Positions 28,821-38,004 of a stretch of DNA of 64,000 bases are shown piece after piece. The stretch spans positions 1,088 through 65,087 of the forward strand of contig MHOE01000013.1 of NCBI GenBank assembly GCA_001819985.1, given 5' to 3'. Source of the stretch: Candidatus Spechtbacteria bacterium RIFCSPHIGHO2_02_FULL_43_15b. GTDB lineage: Bacteria; Patescibacteriota; Minisyncoccia; Spechtbacterales; HO2-43-30. Numbering within the stretch: position 1 is the stretch's first letter; each line of letters starts with the position of its first letter. The notes beneath the pieces are model-generated. The model worked only from the letters and a program-made list of their open reading frames with translations, was not told where the DNA came from and ran no database searches. The translations under genes and the position numbers were made by a program.

Positions 28821-29729
28821 TCAAAAACTTTTACCGTTACTTCTTAACAAAATATCGCCCTCCAAGTCCGTCCTTCTAATCTCTATACCATATTTTTCAA
28901 ATCTTTGCAAAACTGCATCATGCGGATGTCCATAGGAGTTATCTCGGCCAGCTGATATAATGACTGTTTTTGGATTTACTTCTCTAAGAAATAATTCAGA
29001 CGAAGATGTTTTGCTCCCGTGATGCGGAATTTTCAAAATTTTAGATCCTATCGCGTTATCGCTAGAAACTATCAATTGCTCTACCACTCTTTCAATGTCA
29101 CCCGTAAAAAGAAATGTGTCATCTCCGTACACTAAACGAAAAACAACCGACAAATCGTTCTGCTCAAAACTAACGGGGTCTGACCCCGTTAGTTTTGAGG
29201 GGTGGAGGATTTCCAAGAAAGATACTTTGGACATCCATATCCTCATCCCGTATTCACCGGCTAAAACCTCCGCCCCTTCGGATAAAACCGCCTCATTCCA
29301 TTTTTCAAAAATTTCGGTTTCCGCCGGTACGCCGTTCCATATTACCGTTCCTATTTCGTAATGTTCCAATGCGGGCACAAGGCCAGTTATGTGATCCGCG
29401 TCCGCGTGAGTCGCAATCATAATATCTATTGACCTATCCCAAAATGGCATAACCGAATTCAATTTTTCGACAACTTTGTCATCCGGCCCGCCGTCAACTA
29501 AAACTTGCTTGCCGTCGGGAAAATTCATAAAAATCGCGTCTCCTTGCCCAACATCAAAAAAGTAAATGCCAAGCTCTCCTGTTTCCGCGTTTGCGAAAAC
29601 GGCAATCCACGATAAAATCGCCACGATAACGAGCGTTATAAGTATAATATACCCGTGCGCTAATTTGAAAAAAATATAATTTATGGAAGATTTTATTGAC
29701 TCCATGTTTTTGCGATTATACAACGCCAA
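28821..29729 (-). CDS. Membrane-anchored metallo-beta-lactamase-fold protein of the ComEC C-terminal nuclease-domain type
   Basis: N-terminal TM, then DVGQGDAIFM...HADADH...GD and the C-terminal motifs typical of the ComEC/Rec2 Lactamase_B domain. Confidence 0.7.
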   Translation of the reverse strand: MALYNRKNMESIKSSINYIFFKLAHGYIILITLVIVAILSWIAVFANAETGELGIYFFDVGQGDAIFMNFPDGKQVLVDGGPDDKVVEKLNSVMPFWDRSIDIMIATHADADHITGLVPALEHYEIGTVIWNGVPAETEIFEKWNEAVLSEGAEVLAGEYGMRIWMSKVSFLEILHPSKLTGSDPVSFEQNDLSVVFRLVYGDDTFLFTGDIERVVEQLIVSSDNAIGSKILKIPHHGSKTSSSELFLREVNPKTVIISAGRDNSYGHPHDAVLQRFEKYGIEIRRTDLEGDILLRSNGKSF

Positions 29730-29807
29730 CCCAAAAACAGTAAACTCTAATTCGGCAATGCCTGTTATGTATTTTAAGCATACAAATAAAAAGACGCTTT
29801 AGCGTCT

Positions 29808-30704
29808 TTATTTTTTAAAATCTTCCTCTATCTGCCTGACTAATTCATCCAGGTCAAGCAAGAGATCGTTTTTCTTGGATATGTCAACTTCCGTGTAAAG
29901 TCGCTTTCCTTCCCTCACGCCCTCGACCCCAGAATACCCCGTGACATCGAAAACCAAGATTCCCGTAAAAGGAGTGCTTACTCCCCTTACCCCCATTGTG
30001 TTGCTTGTATTCTTCCGAACTTTTTCGGAAAATAAACTTGGGCCCAAAGGATGAAGTTCATAAATGTGTTCTACGCTAATACTTAAATCTTCTATGCGGA
30101 TTTTCCGTACGGAACCATCTTCATAGAAAATTGACATTTCCACCCTTTTGAGCGGGTCTCCCTCTTTGTAATTTCTTAGAATAACTGAACCCGAAAGCTT
30201 TCCGTCATTACCGTAAACATTAAATCTTAGGGTAAAATTTCCGCCCGAATCAACTTGAAGAACATACCTTGAATCAAAATCCCCTTCAGGCAATGTCAGC
30301 TTCATCAGTCCATCTTTCACGACCCTGCCAAATGCCGGATCCGAATCTATTAGTACGGGGGTTGGAATTGGAGTTGGCTCTAATGTCTCTATCTCCAGTT
30401 CTGGCACTTCCAAAATCGGCGTTGGCGTTTCAGTCGGTACAGTTGTGGGGCTTATTAGCGGCATAGGCGTTATTGTAGGCAAAGGTACGGGAGTACTAAT
30501 CGGCGCAACTTCATCGGCGATTTCTTCCGATTTTTCACTAGACCAGAAAGGCAAGCCGAATACGCCAATACTGTAAAGAAAAACTAAAAACAGAAAAATA
30601 AAAACAATAGCGGCGAACAAGCCCAACAACAAATTATGCCTGTCTCCTCCGCTTCCTCTATATTCGGGTCTTCGCGAATTGTTCATTTTTACTCCTTCTT
30701 CCAT
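29808..30704 (-). CDS. Hypothetical membrane-anchored protein with a Pro/Thr-rich linker and C-terminal globular domain
   Basis: N-terminal TM (LLLGLFAAIVFIFLFLVFLYSIGVF), a PT-rich low-complexity linker, then a ~190-aa domain. It lies 9 nt downstream of the FtsZ-like gene on the same strand. Confidence 0.55.
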   Translation of the reverse strand: MEEGVKMNNSRRPEYRGSGGDRHNLLLGLFAAIVFIFLFLVFLYSIGVFGLPFWSSEKSEEIADEVAPISTPVPLPTITPMPLISPTTVPTETPTPILEVPELEIETLEPTPIPTPVLIDSDPAFGRVVKDGLMKLTLPEGDFDSRYVLQVDSGGNFTLRFNVYGNDGKLSGSVILRNYKEGDPLKRVEMSIFYEDGSVRKIRIEDLSISVEHIYELHPLGPSLFSEKVRKNTSNTMGVRGVSTPFTGILVFDVTGYSGVEGVREGKRLYTEVDISKKNDLLLDLDELVRQIEEDFKK

Positions 30705-30713
30705 TCAGACCTA

Positions 30714-32036
30714 CTACAAGCTCGGCAAATCTTCGCCGACCCGTTTTACAGATCCCCAATTATCTTTCCGCTTGGCGCTTCGCTCGTTAATTTTGTCCTT
30801 GTATTTCAGCGCCTCTTCATAAAACCACTTTACCTGATCCATTAAAGCGCCTTCGCCGATATCCGTTAAAATAACCGTAACTCCTATGGTATTGGACGAT
30901 CTTCCTGGATAAGTACCCTTTCTTCTTTTCGCGTCGGGCACTTTTTCCGCCAGCACCGAATCCATCATTGATATAATCTCCTCGGTTGCTTCCTCGGCCG
31001 GCCCGCTGAAAAGGCCTATCACGCCGCCCGCATCGTACAATGCCAATCCGGAATCTTTATGTGTGAAATCGCAACCGACAGAAAGTTCGCCTAGGGCCTC
31101 GTCCACCGCATTTCTCGCGCGTTCAATTTGAGCTTGCGTGGCAGAAATATGCCTTGGATTGCCTCTGCCGAATATACCCGCCTTTTCTTTTGGTCTAGGG
31201 GGGACATCTTTGAAGCTCACGCCTATTGCCGTGTGACCTTTAAGAACCCTGATCAAATCGTTCGCGTCCAAAACTTCCCCGATGTAATTTACGCCGGTTT
31301 CCTCTCCCACTGAAAGTATATCCATAAAAGAATCGACGATCCTGCGGTTTATAAGCAAATAGTTTACTTTCATCGAATCGGACTTTCGCACGAATCTCTC
31401 GTTGTCTATTATAAACACCGCGTCCGCTTTTGAATTTTCCAAAACCCTCTTCAAACAAGTCGCCGTGTTTACGACGCTATCCGCGTCATCATAGTCGCTT
31501 CTGAAGGGAAGTACTAGCATCGCGTACACGGGCTTTTTGAATTCGTCCTTAAGCATATCCACTATAACCCCAACGGATCCCGATCCCGTGCCTCCGGCCG
31601 TGCTGGCTATCACAAGAATCGCGTCTGCGCTGTAAACATTTCCGTACTCCCTTATTGTGCCCACTATTTTCTTTGACTCTTTCTTCGCCTGCTCTGCCCC
31701 ATCCTGGTTTACCTTTCCCGCCCCGCGTCCCCGGAAGTTATCGGCCGCTCCAAGCAAAATTGAATGATCCTCGGTTTGGGGAATATTCTCCAGACCGTAC
31801 ATATCGCCCTTTCCGAGGTTAAGCGCAAAAATCCCCTTGATTATGTCGGGATCCTTTTTCCTGATATTGCTTCCTTCCTTGTCGCCTGTAATAATCCTTA
31901 CTTTCCTGTTTTCCCACAGCCAATAAGCCATGCGAGCGAATTCATCGGCTATGTTGCCGCCGCCCTGACCGCATCCTACAATGACAAGTTTCATATATCG
32001 CCTCCTTTGCGAAGCATTTACATTTTCAAGGTGCAA
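30714..32036 (-). CDS. Divergent tubulin/FtsZ-superfamily GTPase (FtsZ-like paralog, not the canonical ftsZ)
   Basis: IVGCGQGGGNIA (G-box 1) and the exact tubulin signature GGTGSG (ASTAGGTGSGSVG). 440 aa with a long non-FtsZ C-terminal region. The canonical ftsZ is at 36666-37811. Confidence 0.75.
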   Translation of the reverse strand: MHLENVNASQRRRYMKLVIVGCGQGGGNIADEFARMAYWLWENRKVRIITGDKEGSNIRKKDPDIIKGIFALNLGKGDMYGLENIPQTEDHSILLGAADNFRGRGAGKVNQDGAEQAKKESKKIVGTIREYGNVYSADAILVIASTAGGTGSGSVGVIVDMLKDEFKKPVYAMLVLPFRSDYDDADSVVNTATCLKRVLENSKADAVFIIDNERFVRKSDSMKVNYLLINRRIVDSFMDILSVGEETGVNYIGEVLDANDLIRVLKGHTAIGVSFKDVPPRPKEKAGIFGRGNPRHISATQAQIERARNAVDEALGELSVGCDFTHKDSGLALYDAGGVIGLFSGPAEEATEEIISMMDSVLAEKVPDAKRRKGTYPGRSSNTIGVTVILTDIGEGALMDQVKWFYEEALKYKDKINERSAKRKDNWGSVKRVGEDLPSL

Positions 32037-32164
32037 GGATAACCCGTTTGGCTATCGTGCTATTGTTAATCAGTTTTACTTCCGTGTCAATAATTCTTAT
32101 GAGCTAGCGAAAAACAGCAAATCCCGAATCTGAGACAAAATACCTTAGAAAAAATTCGAATTTT

Positions 32165-33367
32165 TTATCTTTCCATCTTAAAATGCTTGACTAGAAGCCA
32201 TAGAGAGACAAAATACAACACCCCCAAATACCACGGAAACGCTTCAATTTCCCAAACTGCGAATGGCATATCCGAACTTATATCTATGACCTTATAGGAA
32301 TAACTTAAAAACAGCCATACTGGCCAAAACAATATCCTTCCGACAGTTTCCGATAGAATACCCGCGATACTCGCTATAAATCCCAATCCCAAAGTCAAGG
32401 AAGTCATCGGAATTATCAAGATATTTGTAAAAATCGACACCAGCGACAATTGCCCGAAATTAGAAATAAGTATCGGCGCAGTGAACAAAACAGACGGCAC
32501 TGTCATTGATATAGTGTTTCTTATGCCAAATAACTGCGGAGTGAATTTCAAATTATCCATAAACCATGATGAAGTCATAGATATTCCAAGCGTAGCAAGA
32601 AATGACAACTGAAATCCCACATCAAATTTCAAAAGCAAGGGGTTTGACATTAGCATCACCGCCGCGGCCAACACCAGCAACCGCCGCGCCTGCGAAAGGC
32701 GTCCCGCTTTTTGCGCGAAAAGAAGTATTCCTCCCATTATCCCGGCTCTCACCGCCGATGGAGGAGCCCCGACCATTATTGTAAAAAGGACTATGAAAGA
32801 GACCGCAAAATAAAACGCGTGATGACGCCACATACCAAGCATTAAACCTAGGCCTATCAGCATATTTGCCAAGATAATAATATTCATCCCCGAAATCGCC
32901 GTTATGTGACGCGTACCCGATCGGTTCAATTTTTCTTTCAAATCACGCGACAGCCGTTCTGTCTCGCCAAGCATAATAGCTCCAAACAAAGAACTTTCAG
33001 GAGGAGAAAGAGCGGAATCCATACTCTTTCTTAAGCTAGTTTTGAAATCGCCTATTTTATTCTCAAGAAAATTTGCCTCGGCGTATTCTTCTTTTGGATT
33101 GGTTCTCTTGTAATAATCAAGTGTGTCTTTTGGAGCATCAAACATCTGATATCTAAAAATCCCCGCCGTAAAAGACAAAAATAAAAACCCGACAATAACC
33201 GCGCTTTTGTTTCTCCGCCAAAATATCGAAATTATCCCCGCTGAAAAAACGAAAAATAACCATACAAAAATCTGCGAAACCAAATACGCCGAGCTTATAA
33301 AAACGCCGGCGATAAAACATAGGCAAATATAAAGAAAAATGCGCGAAGGATGCATTGTAAGATTCAT
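32165..33367 (-). CDS. comEC: ComEC/Rec2 N-terminal part (DUF4131 + competence channel domain) without the MBL domain
   Basis: Multi-TM protein with GMNIIILANMLIGLG...SFLATLGI, the competence-domain signature. 400 aa, lacking the C-terminal lactamase domain. Confidence 0.7.
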   Translation of the reverse strand: MNLTMHPSRIFLYICLCFIAGVFISSAYLVSQIFVWLFFVFSAGIISIFWRRNKSAVIVGFLFLSFTAGIFRYQMFDAPKDTLDYYKRTNPKEEYAEANFLENKIGDFKTSLRKSMDSALSPPESSLFGAIMLGETERLSRDLKEKLNRSGTRHITAISGMNIIILANMLIGLGLMLGMWRHHAFYFAVSFIVLFTIMVGAPPSAVRAGIMGGILLFAQKAGRLSQARRLLVLAAAVMLMSNPLLLKFDVGFQLSFLATLGISMTSSWFMDNLKFTPQLFGIRNTISMTVPSVLFTAPILISNFGQLSLVSIFTNILIIPMTSLTLGLGFIASIAGILSETVGRILFWPVWLFLSYSYKVIDISSDMPFAVWEIEAFPWYLGVLYFVSLWLLVKHFKMER

Positions 33368-33466
33368 ATAGCATTTACTCGCGCATTTACAAGCCCAAAA
33401 ACTTAAAACAGCAAAGATTGGGGTCTTCGCTGTTTTAATATTCGTATCGGTTTAGTCATCTAAAAG

Positions 33467-35761
33467 CTACGCTGTTTTTACTGCCGACGGTTTTGTCGCT
33501 TCTTCTATCTCGCAAACTCCCCCTACGCAAGCAAGCTCTTTCGACCCCTGCGTCGCGTCCTCCTTTTCGTAATAAAGAATCTGCGAAAAATCAACCTTGG
33601 GCATATTGGCCGCCAATTCATTATATCTTTTCTCGTCTATTTCCTCATACGGCGCCATCGCGTAGGCATGATTATTGCGGGGCAAGAATGAAAGCCCCCC
33701 TAGAATATCCCAATTGCCATACAGCCAGTTAGCGGTTGTCAGCCATTCATCTTCTCCCACGGAAATAGTAACGGATGGATTATGCTCCGTATAATTTTCC
33801 TTGACCATTTTCCAATGCTCCAGCTGATCTAACGCGGAAATATCGTCCCTAACTATTGCCACATCCGGGGCCTTAACCGGAAATTCTAAAATGAATGTCG
33901 AGGCGGAAGAAACTAACTGGCCAACTTCCGGATAATATTTTGCCTTTTGGTCTCTCAACATATGAAACAGAGGATCGCTCGCTGAAATTCTTATTCTTCT
34001 TATGTAATACTTCGCGTGCCTTGGATGCATCCCCGAAGAAGCATCCACAAGCTGGGAAACTGTTCCGGACGGCTTAACGCAAGTAACGCATGTGGACGGA
34101 TTTATACCAAATTTCTTAGCGTACTCAAAATTTACTCTCACCGCTTCTTCTTTTATGGCTTGCAGAATTTCCGTATCGCGAACAGCGGGACAATCCCATT
34201 GTCCCGTAAGAGAAACACCGAGAAGCCGCTCTTCTTCGCAATTTTTCTTCCACTCGCTTGAAAGGTAAGGAAAATTCGTAAGCGTTGACTGGTATGTTCC
34301 GAGAATCGAAGCTAATCGCGCCTTTTTAACCAAGGTCTCCTTGGTATCTTCAGCTCGGCACACCACTTCCGACAAATTGCAGAATTCTTTCGATCTCAAC
34401 ACAATCTCCCCGCAAGGGTTCGTGCCTGCCGTGTGCCAGTATTTTCCGAACTTTTTCCACCGCCTTTGCGGAAGCTGATGCTTTAACCCCCCCCTGTTGA
34501 ATATCCCGCGTTCGCCAGTACCGTTTCTCGCCAAAGCAAGCCATTCTTCCACGAACTCGATATTAGAGGGCTTTTTATTGTACGCCGATGAATTGTTTGC
34601 CATTTGGCGATGCGGCTCGAGAAGATAGAACTGCCCCTCTTTGGCGTGACGCATTTCCTGATCGTCTAAATCTGACAAACTTATCATAGCGCTTCTTCTT
34701 ACCCCTCCCATAACAACTACCTCGCCTATTTTGCATAAAATGTCGTGAGCGTCTATGTTCGACAGCCTTTTACCTTGACGAGACAGAATTTTTTTTCGCG
34801 CGAAATTAAGCAGGGAACGCAAGGGCTCCGGACCCGAACTTTGCCCGCCCATTGTTAAAAGCCGCGAACCGGCCGGCCTTATCTCTGAAAAATCGAAGTC
34901 CACATCGCTTCCTTCATACCACGCCTTTAATCCAAGAGTTAATGCGTCTCCCCAGCCCTCTTTGCTGTCTTTAATAATATGCGTCGCAACTTTTTTGTTT
35001 GTTTGAAATTTAATTATAGGAAGCTGTTGGATCGTCTGGCTTTCCACTGAAAATCCGACTCCCGCGCCGCACATTGAAAGATACATCACTTCCGCGAAAT
35101 CCTCGATCTTAGAGGGCGCTATGTACGAACAGTTATACGCGCTCACATTGGTTTTCTTCGCCGCGGGACCGGCAGACCACATTAAACGCATAGAGGGCAT
35201 TACTTTCTGCGTTAATATCGCCTCCTCTATCTCTTTGTACTCGCTCTCCGTCAATTTTTTGCCGAGATTTTCTTTCATAAAATCTACATATCTCGCCACT
35301 GTTTCGATCCAAGTTTCGCGCCTGCCTTGATCGGGAATCCATCTTGAATATGTGCGGTAATATATAAATTCAGAAAGCGCGTTTCTAAAATATTTTTTAC
35401 TCTCTTCCGCCAAGCGCCGAACATTTTTAGGGACAAATTTCCTAGCGGCTCTAACTTTTGCTCTTTCGCTTCGGTATAGTATGTAACCTTTAGCGACTTT
35501 CGCCATACCTTGATTTATCAATGCCTCTTCAACCAAATCCTGTATCTCCTCCACGCCGGGTATATCGCCCTTCTTAAATTTTTTGTTGAGGGATAATACA
35601 ACCCTGTCCGCAACTTTTTTTGCAGTCCTTATATTCTCCTTCCCGTCAACTGCATTTATCGCTTTATTTACGGCATTTACTATTTTAGCAACATCGAAAT
35701 CAACAATATCGCCGCTTCTTTTTTTGACCTTTATTATCTTTGCCCTTAAAATGCTCGGCAT
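33467..35761 (-). CDS. nrdJ: Class II (adenosylcobalamin-dependent) ribonucleotide reductase with N-terminal ATP-cone
   Basis: ATP-cone at the N-terminus (KRSGDIVDFDVAKI). The active-site NPCGEI motif is typical of class II RNR. 764 aa. Confidence 0.85.
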   Translation of the reverse strand: MPSILRAKIIKVKKRSGDIVDFDVAKIVNAVNKAINAVDGKENIRTAKKVADRVVLSLNKKFKKGDIPGVEEIQDLVEEALINQGMAKVAKGYILYRSERAKVRAARKFVPKNVRRLAEESKKYFRNALSEFIYYRTYSRWIPDQGRRETWIETVARYVDFMKENLGKKLTESEYKEIEEAILTQKVMPSMRLMWSAGPAAKKTNVSAYNCSYIAPSKIEDFAEVMYLSMCGAGVGFSVESQTIQQLPIIKFQTNKKVATHIIKDSKEGWGDALTLGLKAWYEGSDVDFDFSEIRPAGSRLLTMGGQSSGPEPLRSLLNFARKKILSRQGKRLSNIDAHDILCKIGEVVVMGGVRRSAMISLSDLDDQEMRHAKEGQFYLLEPHRQMANNSSAYNKKPSNIEFVEEWLALARNGTGERGIFNRGGLKHQLPQRRWKKFGKYWHTAGTNPCGEIVLRSKEFCNLSEVVCRAEDTKETLVKKARLASILGTYQSTLTNFPYLSSEWKKNCEEERLLGVSLTGQWDCPAVRDTEILQAIKEEAVRVNFEYAKKFGINPSTCVTCVKPSGTVSQLVDASSGMHPRHAKYYIRRIRISASDPLFHMLRDQKAKYYPEVGQLVSSASTFILEFPVKAPDVAIVRDDISALDQLEHWKMVKENYTEHNPSVTISVGEDEWLTTANWLYGNWDILGGLSFLPRNNHAYAMAPYEEIDEKRYNELAANMPKVDFSQILYYEKEDATQGSKELACVGGVCEIEEATKPSAVKTA

Positions 35762-35984
35762 AAGATGTGCTATCCGCGGACAATAAGAGCCCGAATATCT
35801 TCATGCTTCGAGCTCTGCTGGTTATCTACGGATTTTAATTAATTATAACGAACTTTTGCTTTCTGGAAGTTTATTATAGCACATCGAAATTTTGTAAAAT
35901 TTTCAAATTTTGTGGATAAGTTTATAAAAATAAGACAAAAAAAAGCCACCTTTTATGATGGTAAATGGGCCCCGGGGTGTAGCC

Positions 35985-36390
35985 TATGATCGCACACTTA
36001 AGTGTACGGAGGCCACGCCCCAGGGGAAATGTCGAACGAGGGCAGACAAGCTACCTTCGTCCGAGTGCTAGACGAGGAGAGAGAGAGGAGAAGTCCCCAA
36101 CCGTCCCCGTCGAGTATTTTATGCCCCTGACGCGATTGCTCGCGCCAGAGACATTTTGGAGAAAGTCCATAAATATTCACAAGGGGGAGGTCACAACTCC
36201 CCCGCCCTGTGAAGCAAGGAAGGGGTTGTGAAGTCCCCCTAACTACCCTCCCTAACCTCAAAGGATATCGCGCGCCTGGCACAGCCAGAAAAACGCGAGT
36301 AGGGGTCCCTCATAGCTCAGTCCCGGCATCATAAATGCCAGACTGAAAAATCTATGAGGTTTTTCGCCGTGAGGCTACGGAATTTCTCCC
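35985..36390 (+). ncRNA. GC-rich structured non-coding RNA candidate (possibly RNase P RNA; identity unresolved)
   Basis: ~400-nt island of much higher GC than the flanks, with many local helices. Six-frame ORFs here are R/P-rich junk. GAAGCAAGG-AAGGGG and CCCCCGCCCTGTG resemble RNase P CR-III. Three GA(A)AGTCC motifs are present. The 5' GTAGCCT (35992) can pair with the 3' AGGCTAC (36373). Confidence 0.35.
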
Positions 36391-36665
36391 TCAAACCCGC
36401 TTTCCAAAAATTTGAAACGGCTTTGAGGCAAAAATCCCTTATTTCAACTTTTCATTTGTCAACGCTCCACCATTATATCACTTCTAGCATTTATTGTCAA
36501 TAGGTTTGGGGTAATTATTGCTTAAAATGGCTTGTTTAAGCTATTTTTACCCTCACATTTACGCCTTATAACACCATTACTTATCCGTATCCTGGCGTGA
36601 GTATCCGACAATTAAATTTTGCATTTTCAACCTTCGCTGAACACTCAAACAAAACGCAAAACCCT

Positions 36666-37811
36666 TTATCTCATTTTTTTTCTAATGAAAGCCGGTATAT
36701 CCCAGTCCTCGTCTTTATCGCTTTCTTCCTTGCTGTCTTTTTTTTCTGCCATTTTTTCCTCTCTTTTTGGCTGTCTTTCTTCTTCTATTCTTGAATTTGC
36801 CTGAAAACTGTTGTTTTGGGCCGTATCCTCTTTTGGAGCAGTCAATTTCCGGTCCAGTTCGAAAAATCCGGTCGCAATTACCGTAACTTTTATTTCGCCC
36901 TTTTTTAATCTATCGTCTATCACAGCTCCAAAAATAACTTTCGCGTCAGGATGTATAGAATCGGTTATAACTTTCGCCGCCTCGTTTATTTCGTACATAG
37001 TCAAATCGTCAGTTCCGCTAACCGAGAACAGCAAACCTCTCGCTCCATCAACGGACAACTCGAGTAAGGGAGAGTTTATTGCCATTCTTGCCGCCTCTAT
37101 AGCCCGTTCTTCTCCAGTCGCTCTTCCTATGCCCATAAGAGCGGATCCCGCATCGTGCATTATGGCCCTTACATCCGCGAAATCCACATTTACTATGCCT
37201 GGCTTTACCACTAAATCGGAAATGCCCTGAACTGCCTGCCTAAGCACATCGTCAACTATTCCAAATGCCTCCACAAGCGTTGTCTTCCTCTCGATTATAC
37301 TCAATAATCTGTCGTTCGGTATTGTTATCAGCGTATCCACGCGCTCTTTTAGGTTATTTAGGCCCTCTTCCGCTATCCTCGCGCGTTGAGTTCCTTCAAA
37401 AGAAAACGGTTTTGTCACCACGCCTACCGTAAGAGCTCCTGTTTCCCTCGCCACTTCGGCAACCACCGGAGCGGCTCCCGTACCGGTGCCGCCGCCTAAG
37501 CCGCAGGTAACAAAAACCATATCCGCCCCCTTAAGAGCTTCGTGTATATCGTCTTTGTTCTCCTCGGCTGATTGACGGCCAAGATTTGGGTCCATTCCCG
37601 CTCCCAGACCTCTGGTAACATTTTTGCCCACATGGATTTTCAAACTCGCCTTTGCGTGATGAAGGTCTTGAGCATCGGTATTTACGGCAATAAATTCCAC
37701 TCCTTGAATTTTCGCTTCAAACATTCCGGAAATCGCGTTATTGCCGCCTCCGCCGACGCCAACAACTTTTATTTTAGCGAATGTTTCTATATCGGGTTTT
37801 ATGGAAGGCAT
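36666..37811 (-). CDS. ftsZ: Cell division protein FtsZ (canonical)
   Basis: [11 protein letters not shown] and [15 protein letters not shown] motifs. C-terminal conserved peptide DIPAFIRKK. 381 aa. Confidence 0.9.
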   Translation of the reverse strand: MPSIKPDIETFAKIKVVGVGGGGNNAISGMFEAKIQGVEFIAVNTDAQDLHHAKASLKIHVGKNVTRGLGAGMDPNLGRQSAEENKDDIHEALKGADMVFVTCGLGGGTGTGAAPVVAEVARETGALTVGVVTKPFSFEGTQRARIAEEGLNNLKERVDTLITIPNDRLLSIIERKTTLVEAFGIVDDVLRQAVQGISDLVVKPGIVNVDFADVRAIMHDAGSALMGIGRATGEERAIEAARMAINSPLLELSVDGARGLLFSVSGTDDLTMYEINEAAKVITDSIHPDAKVIFGAVIDDRLKKGEIKVTVIATGFFELDRKLTAPKEDTAQNNSFQANSRIEEERQPKREEKMAEKKDSKEESDKDEDWDIPAFIRKKMR

Positions 37812-37948
37812 AGTTTATAATTTTATGCTTATTAACGGTTAGGTTTTGGGACTCGATATTGCGTAAACTCTTATACGCGCGTACACGCGCAATCCTCAAC
37901 TGCTATCCATGCCCAAACCCCAACCTAGTTTATAACATATTATTCTAC

Positions 37949-37975
37949 AAAAAAAGGCACATATATGTCAATGCC
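37949..37975 (-). terminator. Terminator-like hairpin between ftsA and ftsZ
   Basis: Minus strand GGCATTGACATATATGTGCC followed by TTTTTTT, located 30 nt downstream of the ftsA stop. Confidence 0.4.
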
Positions 37976-38004
37976 TACCTGCAAAAAATCAACATTTAAT
38001 CTAC

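Noticed and set aside
35986-36282. Two overlapping ORFs (35986-36231 plus strand, 35998-36282 minus strand) in the GC-rich island
   Set aside because: Both are Arg/Pro/Gly-rich with no start context or domain. This is typical of spurious frames through GC-rich structured RNA. The region is better explained as ncRNA.
35985-36390. tmRNA or SRP RNA identity for the structured region
   Set aside because: No tRNA-like 5' GGGG...UUCGAC / 3' T-arm-CCA ends and no tag-peptide frame for tmRNA. The SRP domain IV motif (GGUCCGGAAGGAAGCAGC) is not present. Size (~400 nt) and CR-III-like motifs fit RNase P better, though this remains unproven.
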